This document shows positions 13,310-26,398 of a stretch of 64,000 bases of DNA, in pieces; within the stretch, counting starts at the first letter, position 1; each line of letters starts with the position of its first letter. A program made the translations under genes and the position numbers. Below the pieces are notes generated by a model. That model did no database searches. It was not told where the DNA came from and saw only the letters and a list, made by a program, of their open reading frames with translations. Source of the stretch: the human T2T-CHM13v2.0 reference genome, Homo sapiens; the NCBI RefSeq assembly GCF_009914755.1, contig NC_060925.1; one strand, given 5' to 3'.

Positions 13310-16300
13310 TAAAGGAGGACTGGCTTGTATTTAATTTAGGGAAGAAAGTATGATAAGGCATTTAACTCATAGTATGCATAAACCTTCAAGCAGAACAGTG
13401 GCCAAAGTACAGGCTCAATAAATGTTATCTATTGCTACTACTAGCTCTAGTACTCCAAAGTTCTTTTAAGGGAAATAATCCCCAAATATTTATGTTGTAA
13501 ATGAGCAACAGTTTTGGAATATGTGCCTTGCAAAAGGTTTTGCAAGTGTTTTAAAATCATTTTCTCAATTTATACTCACATAAATATTACTATTTCTTTT
13601 TATAAATGAGGAATCTCAAGCTTTTTGATATTAGGTAACATGTCTTACACAGGTCACAAAAATAGCAAGTAGCAAAGCTGGTCTCAAAATAAGGTATTTA
13701 ATGCCAAAGCCAGTTTCCTTTATTGCTTCGCTACTTTCCTTCTAAATATCTGTTTAAATAACCTTATTGATCTAATCAAGTTAACATATTTATTTATATA
13801 ATTTGTATGTTACTTCAAAGTAGGAAAGTAAAGAATTAAAGACAGATGTATGTCTAGGGCTGATCTCATCCTCAACAAAATGAATTTATTTCTCAAATAT
13901 TTTTACTTCATTCCTATCTCCAATCACTTTGAGTAACTGGCCCACCAAAAATTACCAAGTAGCAAATGACAAAGTTAATAATAAAATCACTGGCTTTCCT
14001 CAGCAAATGTTCTTGGTACTAAGTATGATAAGCTTATTTAAACTCATGCACACTTTGGGGAGAAACAAGAACAAAATATGTTTAAGATATTGAAAGGTAC
14101 TATATCTACTGTAGGTACATTCATAGGTAGTGTTTTGATTTTTATGTTTAGTGTTGAAATTCCTTTGGGCCTGAATGAAGCATCTATTAAAACTTTAGTT
14201 TGCAGTTCGAGTTTTCTATTAGAGTTTCTGCTAGAGTAAAGAATTCTCTGAGGGACAAACCATCCTACATCCCCAGAGAACAAGGAATAGAGACTGCGAC
14301 AAGACAGTGGAGGACAGGAATGGGAATGTTTGACCCTTTTTTAGGTATCCATTTAGGTACCCTATCCAGAAGCAAATACGTTGTTGATATTGTAATGATC
14401 TTTTGTGTAAACTTCAAAGGACAAAGAATATTGAAGGCTATTTTGACTGTTGGATTACTTTTTCAAAATGGAATATACAGGTGATTAGAGTGGGGTGGAT
14501 ATTATAATGGGAAATTTCTTGAATTTCTTTTAAAAGTGTGCATCTATGGGAATATCCTTAAGGGTAAATACATGAGTCATTGCGTGGCAAATATTGCAGA
14601 TTCCTGTGGCCAAATAACATTTAAGAGAAAGAATACACTAAACTATGATGCCTGGATTCAATCCATATGTGCTGCTTAGGCAACCAACAGATTGTTCTAT
14701 TCCCCACAATAAGTACTAAATCTGATTTTGTTAGTTTTTAGGTGATGGTAAGGATGGAGATCAAAACAGTTTCCTTGGGAGAATTGTCCTTGATCTACAG
14801 ACAGGATTCCTAGAGAAAACTATAAATCTCATTTTTTCAGAGTTGCTAGCAGCTGCAGCTAAAAAACAAACTCATTTTCAGTGAAATGGACATAAAGGAA
14901 AATTAGAATTTTTTCTCTATCCAAACTGGGTAGGAGCAGTTAGTTCTCCGAAAGCATCTTTTTTTATTCCTAGACCTTAAAAAAAAATTCAGGAGAATTG
15001 TGGAGTCCTAGTATTGGAATTGATTTTGAATATCACTTGTCCAGTTACCCCGTCAGATGTTGGAATCCCTTCCAGCAACCTGTCAGTACCCCAGACCTGA
15101 GTAACACTAGTTAAAGATTTGATAGCACTGGATTTTGTCACCAGATGATACCTGGGGGACTCCTATGGAGCAATGTCTGGGGAGCTTCTTTTAATGCTGG
15201 AGGCTGATATCAGCTTTCTTTGGCAGGCATATTACATTATTGAATACTGATTCTGTCATCAGCTAAGTCCCTCAGGTTTCCTTACATAAATGTTTAAACT
15301 AGGTCTCTATCCTTTTATATTCATGGTGATTTTTTAAAATCCTGATTTATTTGCTCTATCATATATGTAGTCATTGCCTTTAAGATCTTATTTCATCATT
15401 TTTTAAATGACTACTAAAAACAATGTAAAATTTGCGTACCTCAAACTTTCTTATAATGTGATGTCTTTGTAAATCATAATGATTTTATTAGTAAAAATGC
15501 ATTTTTCCATTTTGCCAAGAGAGGAAATTACACAAGCAGTATAAATATATTTTTACCACATTAAATAATCACAGCATTCCAATCTTCATTAACTAGCTAA
15601 TAACAAAGATAATACCAAATGTGCTAGACGGCATGCAGAATCCATATGTGAGTGTTGGAGCAGAAGGAAGAGAGAAATTTCTATGGCTAGGTAGAGTCTT
15701 GACTAGCAGAGAGGAAAAACAGAGAAGGATCATAAGAGAGGAAGAACTGGGAGCAAGAAGGTCTGCTCAGAGCAAGTATAGGTATGGTGAATGCTTCCTC
15801 CTCGAATAAGCAAATGATGATTGGCTAGTAAGACCTTCTTAGACCCTGTCCCTGCCCCCTCTGGCTCTTGCTCCCTAAGCAAACAAGGGAACCACTTGTT
15901 AGGTGGGACCAGGAATCCATTCCAACCAGGGCAATGGCAGTGTCTTAATTTTGAAGGTCACAATAAAAAGATACCGAATCCTTGAAGAGGGTAAGAAAGA
16001 ATTCTCTAAGAAGCTGAGAAGAGGATGGTTACTGAAGGGTGACTGAGAATACTGAGATATAATTTGTTAGTTTCCCATTTTTGCCTACGGTTAACCCTGC
16101 CTGCTTCTTCTTTTTATTCTTGGTTGTCTCCATCCTATTTCCCTCTTCAAAGGACCACTTACTGTCCATTATAACTCATGTGAATTATGAAACTTTTGAT
16201 TTTTTTTAATGTATTAGGCACAACATTTTCTAATTTGCTAATCAAGATATTGAGTGCCTGGTACATAGTGCAGTTTTTATAAATATTTTATTTGAAGCAA

Positions 16301-16888
16301 ACTGAACCTTCTCCAAAGACCCAACAAAACATGTCCCCTGAAGACCCACCTAAGCTCTACTAGCTCCCTTGAAAGAAGGTCCAACGAGTTGAAAGATCAG
16401 TTGCCGATGAGTTAAATCCTTACCAGTGACAGGTGATAATCTGAAAGCATGGACATTGTTGTAATTGTTACCTTTACTGTGCCTGGAATTGTGGTCAGCA
16501 GTTCTTTGATGCTTTAATTTGGATTTCACCTTCTTTGAGCTTGTTTGGTCATCAGTGAATGTGTAGCAAAGAGCAGCATAGTTTGACTGTCTGGGATGTA
16601 ACATCTTTTATTTAGATTTTGGAGATTTGAGGTTTGGGCTCTGCAATATTCTGATTGTCTCTCAGTACATCCCTGCAATATATTCTACAAGTAATAAAAG
16701 CCAGCACATGTCACTGACGAACTCTGTAATTATTCTAATTTGTTTTATATTTGCTTCGATGCAACTTTAAATTTGATTCAATGTAATTTAATGGTTTTCA
16801 CATGTACATCCTGTTTTCTTGGTAAAAGAATTGCACAACTGTATTTTAAGAAAGAGAGCTGAGAGTTGTAAAATTTTGTTCAGCTTTA

Positions 16889-17185
<297 letters not shown>

Positions 17186-18145
17186 GGAAATTTTTTTTTG
17201 TTCAGCTTGAAACTGAGTTGCATACCTAAATTTTACAGGTAAGGGACAGATTACACAAATAAGACATTTCACACATGGGTGTTCCCTGTGAAAAGGATGT
17301 AGTCTGACTTTGAAACTAAGCGCAAACTCTAGTAGGTTATACTCATGTTAGAATAAGGGTAAATATTGTAATGCCAATAAGAATTATTTTGAACTTAGTC
17401 ATGAGTCTATAAAAAAGTTTCAATTTTTATTGCTTAGACTTAGGCATCTGGAAAACAACTGATATAAAAACGAGTTCAATGAAAAGACGAGAATAGAAGA
17501 ATTGAAATAGGTTGACTAGAAGATAAATGATAAGGCATGGGAGCATGCTTGCTCTGAGATTAACATTCTTGGGTCTCTCTGGTCCATCATTTGATGTAGA
17601 TTTTCCCATTAGGATTCAAACAGGGACTTCATTTTTTTTCCAACTCCTCTCACAGTTTAAAGTTTCAGTTTATTCCAGTGCCGTTCCTACACTGTCTTGT
17701 ATTTAGAAAAGACAGCAAGATAATCTGTGTTTTACTACTCCCTTGAATGATAAGATTTCTATTCATTCTTATTTAATCTTGTTTTCCAGGAATTCATTTT
17801 GTAAACATAATTATCACCGTAACTCTGAAGTTACAGTTTTTTAAAAATATTTTTTATTCCAGGAGCAACATTTACTGTGAAAGCTCACATGCTTCTGTTT
17901 TTCTTAGTACACGTTTTTCTATCTGAAAGGTCTTTGGCAATTTAGTAAATTGTAGGTATCAGTAGAATTATAAAGATAAAATGTCAATCAAAATATTGAG
18001 CAGGACTGTGCATACTGATACTAATTATCTATATTTCAGGGTTCAAATAAAAGCACAGGTTAACAAACTCAGACCCTTTCTAAAATGTATTTAGGGAGCT
18101 GTCTAATTCTATGCATTATACAGTTCATCTCCATTATACCTTTCA

Positions 18146-18147
<2 letters not shown>

Positions 18148-18175
<28 letters not shown>
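18148..18175. repeat. (TG)14 microsatellite
   Basis: Perfect dinucleotide run. Confidence 0.97.
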
Positions 18176-18176
<1 letters not shown>

Positions 18177-18699
18177 ATGTTTCTGTGGTTTTAGGAAATA
18201 TATTTACATAGCCATGTTGGTTTTATCATGTTGATTATTCATCCTGACTGTATGCCAGGACAGAGAGGGGTGTGGGGGAGAGATCAAACATAGGGGGAGT
18301 TAGCTTTATACACTTGTACTTTTAGAAGGTTTAGTTCTGGAATTGTATTACTCGAAATGGGATGGGCTAGGCTTAAGTCAAGCTCAGGCTGAGTATGTTA
18401 AGTGTACCTCGAATATGTCAAGATTGCTTTGCAAAATCTTTCACCCATGTACTCACTAGTCATTTATCCATTCATTCATCAAACAACAATGGAACACCTA
18501 CTAAGTACTTCAAAAAACAGAGATCTAGTAGGAGGAAATATAAATTATAATACATCTTATTGAATACCACAAAAGAAGAATAAACAATATTCTGTAGGTA
18601 TCTAGAAGAATGGAATTTTCTTCCTCTGATTATACAGTGTCTCTGAAAGCTACTTGCTTATAGTCACAGAAGTTCAAGAAGATAATAAAATGCCTCACA

Positions 18700-18925
18700 G
18701 GAGTTTGCATGAATTTTCAGGCCAGGCATAATTAAGTTCAAATCTCTGCTTTTTCACTTACTAGTTGTGTGACCCTGAGAAAGGATTTTCAGAAGTTAGT
18801 ACTCCGTCAATAAAACATGTTAAAAGTGATACTTACCTTATCCATTGATGTAAAGAATAAATAACATAGTGTTTGTGACAATACTCTCTCAGCACTTGGC
18901 TCAGAGTAGACATTTATTGAATTAA
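18700..18925 (+). mobile_element. MIR
   Basis: aagttcaaatctctgctttttcacttactagttgtgtgaccctgag...gatacttacctta...cagcacttggctcagagtag matches the MIR core and 3' end. Confidence 0.7.
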
Positions 18926-19100
18926 CACAGGTAAAGTGTCTTATTACCGAGAAAAGTACTGATTAAATCAAGAAGACCTTCTATAGATTTAAGTTCTTCA
19001 GTTGTAAGTTCTTCCATCATAAATGTTTATGGATTATGATTTTACATTTCTTCTATTTGGTATTCAGGTCAAAATGAAACTGCGGCAGACGTTTAAAGGA

Positions 19101-19270
19101 TTTATTTTATTTATTTATTTATTTATTTTTTGAGACGGAGTCTTACTCTGTAGCCCAGGCTGGAGTGCAGTGGCATAATCATGGTTCACTGCAGTCTCCA
19201 CTTACCCAGAGCCTTCTGAGTAGCTGGGACCACGTGCCAGCTATATGCCTATATGCCACCACACCCAGCT

Positions 19271-19304
<34 letters not shown>

Positions 19305-19418
19305 GACGGGGATTTCCTCTGTTGCACAGGCTGGTCTTAAGCTCCTGGGCATAAGAGATCTGCCCTCTTTGGCCTTCCAAACTGCTGAGATTACAGATAT
19401 GAGCCACCATGCCTGGCC
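19101..19418 (-). mobile_element. AluJ with right-arm deletion and an expanded central T tract
   Basis: Alu dimer with a (TTTA)n tail, a deleted segment near 19205, a small ctatatgc duplication and a ~29-T linker. Confidence 0.9.
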
Positions 19419-19686
19419 AGCAGTAATTTTTTTTTCTTAAGTTTGGAAATAAAACTTACAAGAGTTTGTTCTTATAGTTTCAGTCACATTTCCATTACTT
19501 CCAATTTTTAAATCAGCTGACACAAATCAACCTACAGTCTCTGACTTTGTGAGGCTTATTTATAAAAATGAACAATTTTAGCAATGCTTCTGCAGCCTAG
19601 TCCTGTTCTGCCAAAGCTAAACTGAAAGATCAGAAAGTCCGTTGATGATTTGAGAGAAACACTATAAAGAAACCAGTGGGTTAAAG

Positions 19687-19687
<1 letters not shown>

Positions 19688-19728
<41 letters not shown>

Positions 19729-19788
19729 ATACATATATGATAAAGTTTGATATATGTGTGTGTATATATATAATCCTTGTTTATAAAC

Positions 19789-19822
<34 letters not shown>
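19688..19822. repeat. Compound microsatellite (TG)18...(TG)16
   Basis: Two perfect TG runs (19688-19723 and 19791-19822) with TA/TG-rich sequence between them. Confidence 0.97.
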
Positions 19823-19826
<4 letters not shown>

Positions 19827-20027
19827 AGCAAAGGGAATAATTTGTAGATTTTTGGAGTAAGTTGTACCTTGATTCTTGATCCTTAGTAAATTAAAGCAAT
19901 TTAAATTTTGCCTCTAATAACTTCTGCCAGGAAAGAAAGTTCATGAAAGACTTAATCAAAGCAACAACCTTACAATTAACAGTCTAAAATTAAGTCTACA
20001 TAAGTCAATCAAATGTATCATTCTAAA

Positions 20028-20290
20028 GTAGTGCTGTCCAACAAATAATGTGAACTATGTATGTAATTTCAAAAGAAGTTGAAATTAATTTCAATAATCT
20101 ATTTACTTAACTGAATATATCCAAAATATTTTGATATGTTATCAATATAAAAATTAGCACTGCTTTAGTTTTTTAATTTAAATTTTAATTAAAATAAAAC
20201 TTAAAAATTCAGTTTCTCATTTTCACTAGCCACATTTCAAGTGCTTAATAGCCACATGAGGCCAGGTAGTGGCTACTGTGTTAGTGCAGA
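20028..20290. mobile_element. MER33/MER3-type hAT-Charlie MITE
   Basis: Begins gtgctgtccaa and contains ctagccacatttcaagtgcttaatagccacatg...gtggctact, characteristic of MER3/MER33. Confidence 0.8.
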
Positions 20291-20320
20291 GGTAAAGCAT
20301 TTCTTCCATAGATCATTTTA

Positions 20321-20632
20321 TTTATTATTATTATTATTATTTTGAAATGGAGTCTCGCTGGGAGTCACCCAGTCTAGAGTGTAGTGGTGCGATCTCGATT
20401 CACTGCAACCTCCGCCTCCTGGGTTCAAGCAATTCTCCTGCCTCAGCCTCCTGAGTAGCTGGGACTAGGCACATGTTGCCATGCCTGGCTAATTTTTTTT
20501 TTAATTTTTTATTTTAGTAGAGACAGGGCACCATGTTGCCCAGCCTGGTCGCGAACTCCTGAGCTCAGGCAGTCTGTGTGCCTCAGCCTCCCAAAGTGCT
20601 GGGATGACAGGTGTGAGCCACTGCACCCAGCC
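20321..20632 (-). mobile_element. Alu (Sz-like), full length
   Basis: Dimeric Alu with a (TTA)n tail. 14-bp TSD catagatcatttta at 20307-20320 and 20634-20647. Confidence 0.94.
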
Positions 20633-21140
20633 TCATAGATCATTTTAATGGCCACTTGTGATTTAAAATTATTAGAAAACCGAACTGAAATATCAGATAG
20701 AGAGCTTTTATAACAAGATAATACTGTATGTTAACTTCTTTTGGAAAAAGAATAAGCTTATTTTTCTTTTCAGGACCTTCTATCCACAATGAGATAAACA
20801 CATAGCTTTATTAAGATATGAATTATTAGTTAACATTTACTTTTAATTTTCAGTTAGCTAGAAGCAGAAAGGTAATAATTTAAATATACTGTATTATTTT
20901 TTGAAGAATTTTACTCCTGAGAACACTTATAATCAATATGATTACAATATAATCTGTGTTTGCAGATTATATTGCAAATGTGAAATTTGGGGCAGAATAG
21001 TCATTTTTATTATAAAGACTGCACTGATTTCCATAGCAGGAAAAATATAATTAAGCTGCATAGAGCACTCCTAAAGGATATATAAGCACATCCAGTCTTG
21101 GCTTCTGACATGTGTGAGTCAAAGTGTTTCTTTTTTAAAC

Positions 21141-21270
21141 ATTTATTTATTTTTTTAAGAGATAGCTTGCTATGTTGCCCAGGCTGGAAGGGAATTCCTG
21201 GTTTCAAAGGATCCTCCCACCTCAGCCCCCCAAGTAGCTGGGACAACAGGCATGCGCTACCATGCCTGGC
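21141..21270 (-). mobile_element. FLAM (free left Alu monomer)
   Basis: Single ~125-bp monomer (ctatgttgcccaggctgg...gatcctcccacctcagcc...gtagctggg...catgcctggc) with a T-rich tail. Confidence 0.8.
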
Positions 21271-22519
21271 TTAAAATGTTCTCTTTTTACTTGACATTCT
21301 CCAATTTTCCTGGCTGCTTTGAGACTTTTTGTTAGTTCTTTCATAAAAGTCAAATAATTCATTTTAGAGTATATGATATTATAAAAGTCCAAGAAATAAA
21401 AGGATATTTGTGAAATTCTCTGTGGGGTTTTAGTTGTGTCAGCTCACCAAACTCTTTCCTTTGATTATTAACCAATATTAAGCCTCATATACATAAAGCT
21501 CCAATGTTTCACAAAGTGGCTTTTTTTTTCCAGGAAAATAAGGTGGTTCTAATACTTACAGAAAAGGTTGTTGACCATCTTGATTTTATTAATATGTGGT
21601 TAAACTGCTTTATTCAAATTTATAGGCTGAAAAATGTTTGTAGTCTTAGAGACCCTATTTCAGTACATGATTTTTTTAGGGCTGCATTCAATTTTAGGTT
21701 GAGCTTGAAGTTCCTGGGAGATTCCAATGGGATTAATTCATCTGGAGTCCTTTCAAGGATTCTAGTGGTCTCTACAGTCTACTCCTGGGTAATGTTTCAG
21801 GATTCCTAGGGAAGTAGGCATCTATAGGTCCTCTTAGGGCAAATTTATACCCAAGTCAAACGGCTCAGAGAGGATCTCTCACTCAATAACTGGACAAGGT
21901 TTATCATTCCTTCTATTCCTAATATGTGCCTTCAGATATTTCTTAGCTGTCCTCATGTTTGGCCCATAGACAGAAAACTTCTCCTAGTGTGTTGGTACAC
22001 ACATGACAATTAGTAAAAGACATTTAATCTCTCCTTAGAATTATACTACCATGGAGTTGTATTGTGTACTTGACCATTCAACAAATGCTTGTAGAATGGA
22101 TAAATTATATTGTGGTTCACACTCAGGTGCACAGTGTCATGCGCAGTTGAGGAATGTTTTTCTCTAAGCTTCTGAATATACAATAGGAATTTAAATTTTT
22201 TTGAGCATCCCAGAATATCCATTACAGATTATACAAAATTGGCTGCAAGTAAAGATTATTTCTATCCAATATACCAAAATTACTAACATGTCTGTCTATT
22301 TCCCACTTTCCTATTACATAAATTTTCATTCAAGGTCATTGTTGCACATGATAACCCTCCAAATAACTGTTATGCAAAGGAAATATGTTAAGTACCACTA
22401 AAGTGTAAAGCATAGTAGAATACATCTGAAGAGTGAGTAAGCACATTTGACTGGAAACAAAGCTTTAAAGAGGGGAAGGCATATTATCTCAACCATTGTG
22501 AGATAATAGTTTAATCTGA

Positions 22520-23330
22520 AAAATATTTACTCAGTGATTAAGCCAGCACTGTGCTATGAACTGAGGATTCAAGGACTCAGCAAAGCACAGTTCCTTGCCA
22601 TCAGTGAGCTTATACAATAATGGAAGAATTTAGACATGCATATTTTGTTGAGAAGTGTTTAATGGTAGAGATAGAACAGTAGAAAGACTACTTGAATGAA
22701 AATTGTTATGGCATTAAGGTGTGAAGCAAGGGGAATATTAAAAATTCCCTATTTCAATATTAAACATTTATAATATTAAAAATTCTATAAAAAAAGAATC
22801 TCAGCTTAAAGGGAGCAATTTGTGGAGAAGGAGCAACAGGAGATAGAAAGATAGAAAGATTATTTGATCCAACACAAGTAGTGAAATATTTTAAGTAGGA
22901 ACGTGATGTATATACCTCTTTACTGCAGGCAAAATAAAGTTAAGTGGAAGGAAAAGCAGAAAATCAGATAGGAGTTTGTACATGTAATAAAATTAGTGAT
23001 AAGAAAAGTGACTAGTGGGAAGTGAAGAGAAAGGGAAGGGACAGATTTATGGAAGTCGAATGAATGACCACTGATTAGATGAAAGAAGAAGGAGGAGTCA
23101 AAAATGACTCAGGTTTTGAAACCAAATATCTATGCAGATAGCACGGTTAACAAAAATAGGGATGACACAGCAGAAAATATGAGTTCTGTTTTAAATGCAC
23201 TAAATTGGAGAGGCATATAGAACACCCAGGAATAGAGGTCTAACAAGAAATTGAAAATGTAAAATTAGAACTTGAGAGATAAGTATGGTCAAAAGATACA
23301 AATATACTAGTTGTTGAGAGCGGTGTTATT
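22520..23330 (-). mobile_element. Decayed L2 fragment
   Basis: Antisense L2-like motifs (atttactcagtg...ccagcactgtgct; ggaggagtcaaaaatgactcaggtttt; atgagttctgtttt). Confidence 0.6.
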
Positions 23331-23334
23331 TGTT

Positions 23335-23870
23335 AAACTAAATGCCTCAAAAATGCATATAAGTGATAGGAGGTAGGAGATAAGTTCTGCAAAAAGAGAA
23401 AGGACTGCTAACTCGATAACATTTTGGGGAATCTATGGCTGGTATATTTTCCAAAGTGAAGATCAGGTTACTACATCTTCTAGCCCCATGCAATTAAGAA
23501 AGTGACCTAATATTTAATGAGTCTCTCAGTTTTAGAGTCAATTTTTAACAGCTGATGCTCTGTTTCAACCTATTTAACAAATAATGCTCAAAGGCTGTAA
23601 GTTTTGATCGGGATCCAGTACAAGAAAAGATTCTCCACTTCATCCAGGCTAGCTACATTGTAAACTATTCTAATACTTGGTTCTTATGACCCTGATTAGA
23701 TCTATGGTGTTCACGGTATCTGTATCAGAATATGAGACTGTTGGAGCCTGCTGAAAGACCCAATAGGAAAATCAAATAGGATTTCCAGAGTTTAATGATA
23801 AAGCCTTACTCCTTTCATGAATAACTATTTTCTTTCTGAGAAAGAGCTCTTACTTGTTGCACTCTGCTGC
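23335..23870 (+). mobile_element. Decayed ERV-L pol fragment (RT thumb/connection region)
   Basis: Collinear degenerate peptides RR*EISSAKRERTANSITFWGI, FSKVKIRLLHLLAP, KAVSFDRDPVQEKILHFIQA, LGSYDP and NNYFLSEKELL match ERV-L pol as recalled (RGWEINPTKIQGPATSVKFLGV, PSKVKDKLLHLAP, KAASFEWGPEQEKALQQVQA, LGPYDP, DNYSPFEKQLL). Frameshifts and stops present. Confidence 0.8.
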
Positions 23871-25131
23871 CATAAAGCCCACATGATCCCAAGCTGCCCT
23901 GCTTTTTATGTGATTGCTTATTCTAGGCCCTGACCTCCTTCAGGACAAGGTATTTTAGCTTATTTGTTGTTGGATGCCCAAATCTCAGCAGGGTGTTCAG
24001 CAATTATGTATTAATTGCTCAAATTATATTGATCAAAAGTCCATTCCCTTGGCCCTATAGTTATTGCTATCAGTTTGTCTGTTTGTCTATCTACCATTTA
24101 TAATGGAGAAGTAAAATTTGAAAGAGCACTAATATTTCAACAGCAGTGAAATGGTTGACTAAAGTATGGAATATAGACATAATAGAATGTTATGCCATTA
24201 TTCAAACCTGTGGTTTTAAACAATGCTGATGACATGGAAACAAACAGGATATAATTCTGAATCTAAAATATAATGTATAAAAGTGTAAATACAGCAAACT
24301 CACAATTTCATGTACCAATCCACATAATTATGAAGGAAATAAATGTGACAAGAATTGCTCTGAGGATGGGAACAGTTTTTGTTTAGGAAAACATATTGAG
24401 CCTATTCAAGTAGAAAATAAAACACAGAGATTATAGGTTAATAGGAAAAATGAAACAGAGTCAGAGTGAAAAGAATGACAAACAGAATGCATTTTATGTC
24501 AGATAGTCAGGGAAAGTTTCTCTGGCAGGTATGAAGTGAGCAGAAGTTTGAAGGAGTATGGAGACATGCCATGCTGGAATGATTTAGTAAAGAGTGTGAT
24601 GGAGTAGAGAGATCACCTTGATTAGTTCCCAGGTGAGTAGTTAGCCCTAGCCATGGGTCCATAGCCATGAGTGCAAGCAAGTGCTTCACGATTAAGGCAG
24701 GCATCTGGCTGCTTCTGCAGATGGGTTAACAGGTATTGTGGTGGGAGCTTATGAACATTCTCTTCTGATTGCTTCTGTCTTCTCAATACAATAAGCAAGG
24801 TCATCAAATAAGAATGAGAAAAAGTAAGAGAAGAGGGGGTGTATGAGATCATCGTGTAAGAGAAGGCAGAGTGAATAGACATTTAATTTTACAAATATAT
24901 AGCTATTATTTTGTGTGTTTTGGGTGAATTTCTAACTTATCCTTAAGTACACATTTTTCTAGTTCATATCACTTTACATATCTTCCATCCCTTCTTGAAC
25001 AAAGTGTCAAACTGACAGAAAATAAAAAGGAAAACTTGCTCGTTCTAAAACTCCCAAAGCACCTTGTTATAACCAAAATATTCAATTGTTTTTGCTGATG
25101 ACGTAATTGAATTTTTCTCTCCACTCAACAG

Positions 25132-25290
25132 GGTGGTGGTGATTGCCCAGAAATGAGTATTGGAGCTATAAAAATTGCCTTGGAAATTTCTCTTCCTGGT
25201 TCTTTCATCTATGTTTTCACTGATGCTCGGTCCAAAGATTACCGGCTCACCCATGAGGTGCTGCAACTTATCCAACAGAAACAGTCACAA
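25132..25290 (+). CDS. HMCN1: Hemicentin-1 coding exon (inferred exon 3; 159 nt, phase 0-0), vWA domain
   Basis: Acceptor tttttctctccactcaacAG| and donor CAA|GTGAGT. Translates [53 protein letters not shown], with the hemicentin-type vWA motifs GGGDCPE and VFTDA. Confidence 0.97.
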
Positions 25291-25644
25291 GTGAGTAAGA
25301 ATCAACCCCAAACGTCTCTGTCTAAATGCAGTATGTAAGAGATTGCCTGTCCTCTTTGACTCTTCCATGTGTGGTCAATAACAATAATTATAACTATCTA
25401 TCCACATGTATGTTCTCCAATATGTATATGTCATCTGATTTAAACATATTAAACATATATGTGATATTTATACATACCATATGAATGTCTTGGTTTTCAG
25501 TATGGAGAAGACATGATTGGGGATTAATTAAGGTACTTGTTATCATCTTTTCCTTATAACTGACAAAACACAGGCCTAACCAAAAAAGGCTTATATTCCA
25601 ATGTTATCTCCGATGTGGAATCACGCCTGAGTCAGAGTTACTCA

Positions 25645-26125
25645 TTGTATCAGCTATTGCTGCATGACAAACTTTTCAAACACTCAATGGTCTAAAACAA
25701 TAAGCATTTATTTCTCACATGTTCACAGAGCTCAGTTGATCTAGGCCAGGCTTGCTCACTGGTGTGTCTAGGGAATAGTGTGGGTTTTGCTTATCTAAGC
25801 TTGACTGTCAGGAGACCTGGCTTTGCCTCATAGTTGTCTTACCCTCTTTTTGAGACCAGTAAGTTGGTTTAGGCATGTCCTTCTCATGGCCATGGCAGAA
25901 ACACTTGAGAGCAAATGGAAATACACAAGCCCTCTTGGGTCTCAGCCCAGAACTTGTAGAATGTCATTTTTGCCTCATGCTATTGGCCAAAGGAAGTCAC
26001 ATGGACAAGCTTAGATTCACAGATGACAAAATAAGCTCTACCTCTTTTATAAGAAGAACTCAGAATCTTTTGACTGAGTGATACAGGGAGGGGTGAGGAA
26101 TTGAGGCCATTCTCTGATCTAGCAT
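25645..26125 (-). mobile_element. MLT1-family (ERVL-MaLR) LTR relic in the short intron
   Basis: atcagctattgctgcatgacaaac...aaacaataagcatttatttctcac at the start and cacattctattggccaaagcaagtcacatggccaagc-like sequence at ~25975-26010. Confidence 0.75.
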
Positions 26126-26241
26126 AGTCATGGTCTCACTTCTACTTCTACAGCTTTTAGCCTACACTTCTAAAATATAAATCACCATGTTCCTATCTGG
26201 GTTCACTATTAAACAGAGTATAAAGTCAATAATTATATAAG

Positions 26242-26244
<3 letters not shown>

Positions 26245-26288
<44 letters not shown>
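26245..26288. repeat. (AC)22 microsatellite ~110 nt upstream of the exon acceptor
   Basis: Perfect dinucleotide run. Confidence 0.98.
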
Positions 26289-26290
<2 letters not shown>

Positions 26291-26398
26291 TCACATATTC
26301 TACTTGCCCAGTAATGTAACACAATAGGTAGTCAATACACATATTTTTTTATTTCTGGAAACCCTTTACACTGTTTCTTTTTTTTTTTTTAATCATAG

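Noticed and set aside
19740-19840. Possible inverted repeats around the TG runs
   Set aside because: Short, imperfect and low-complexity; expected by chance.
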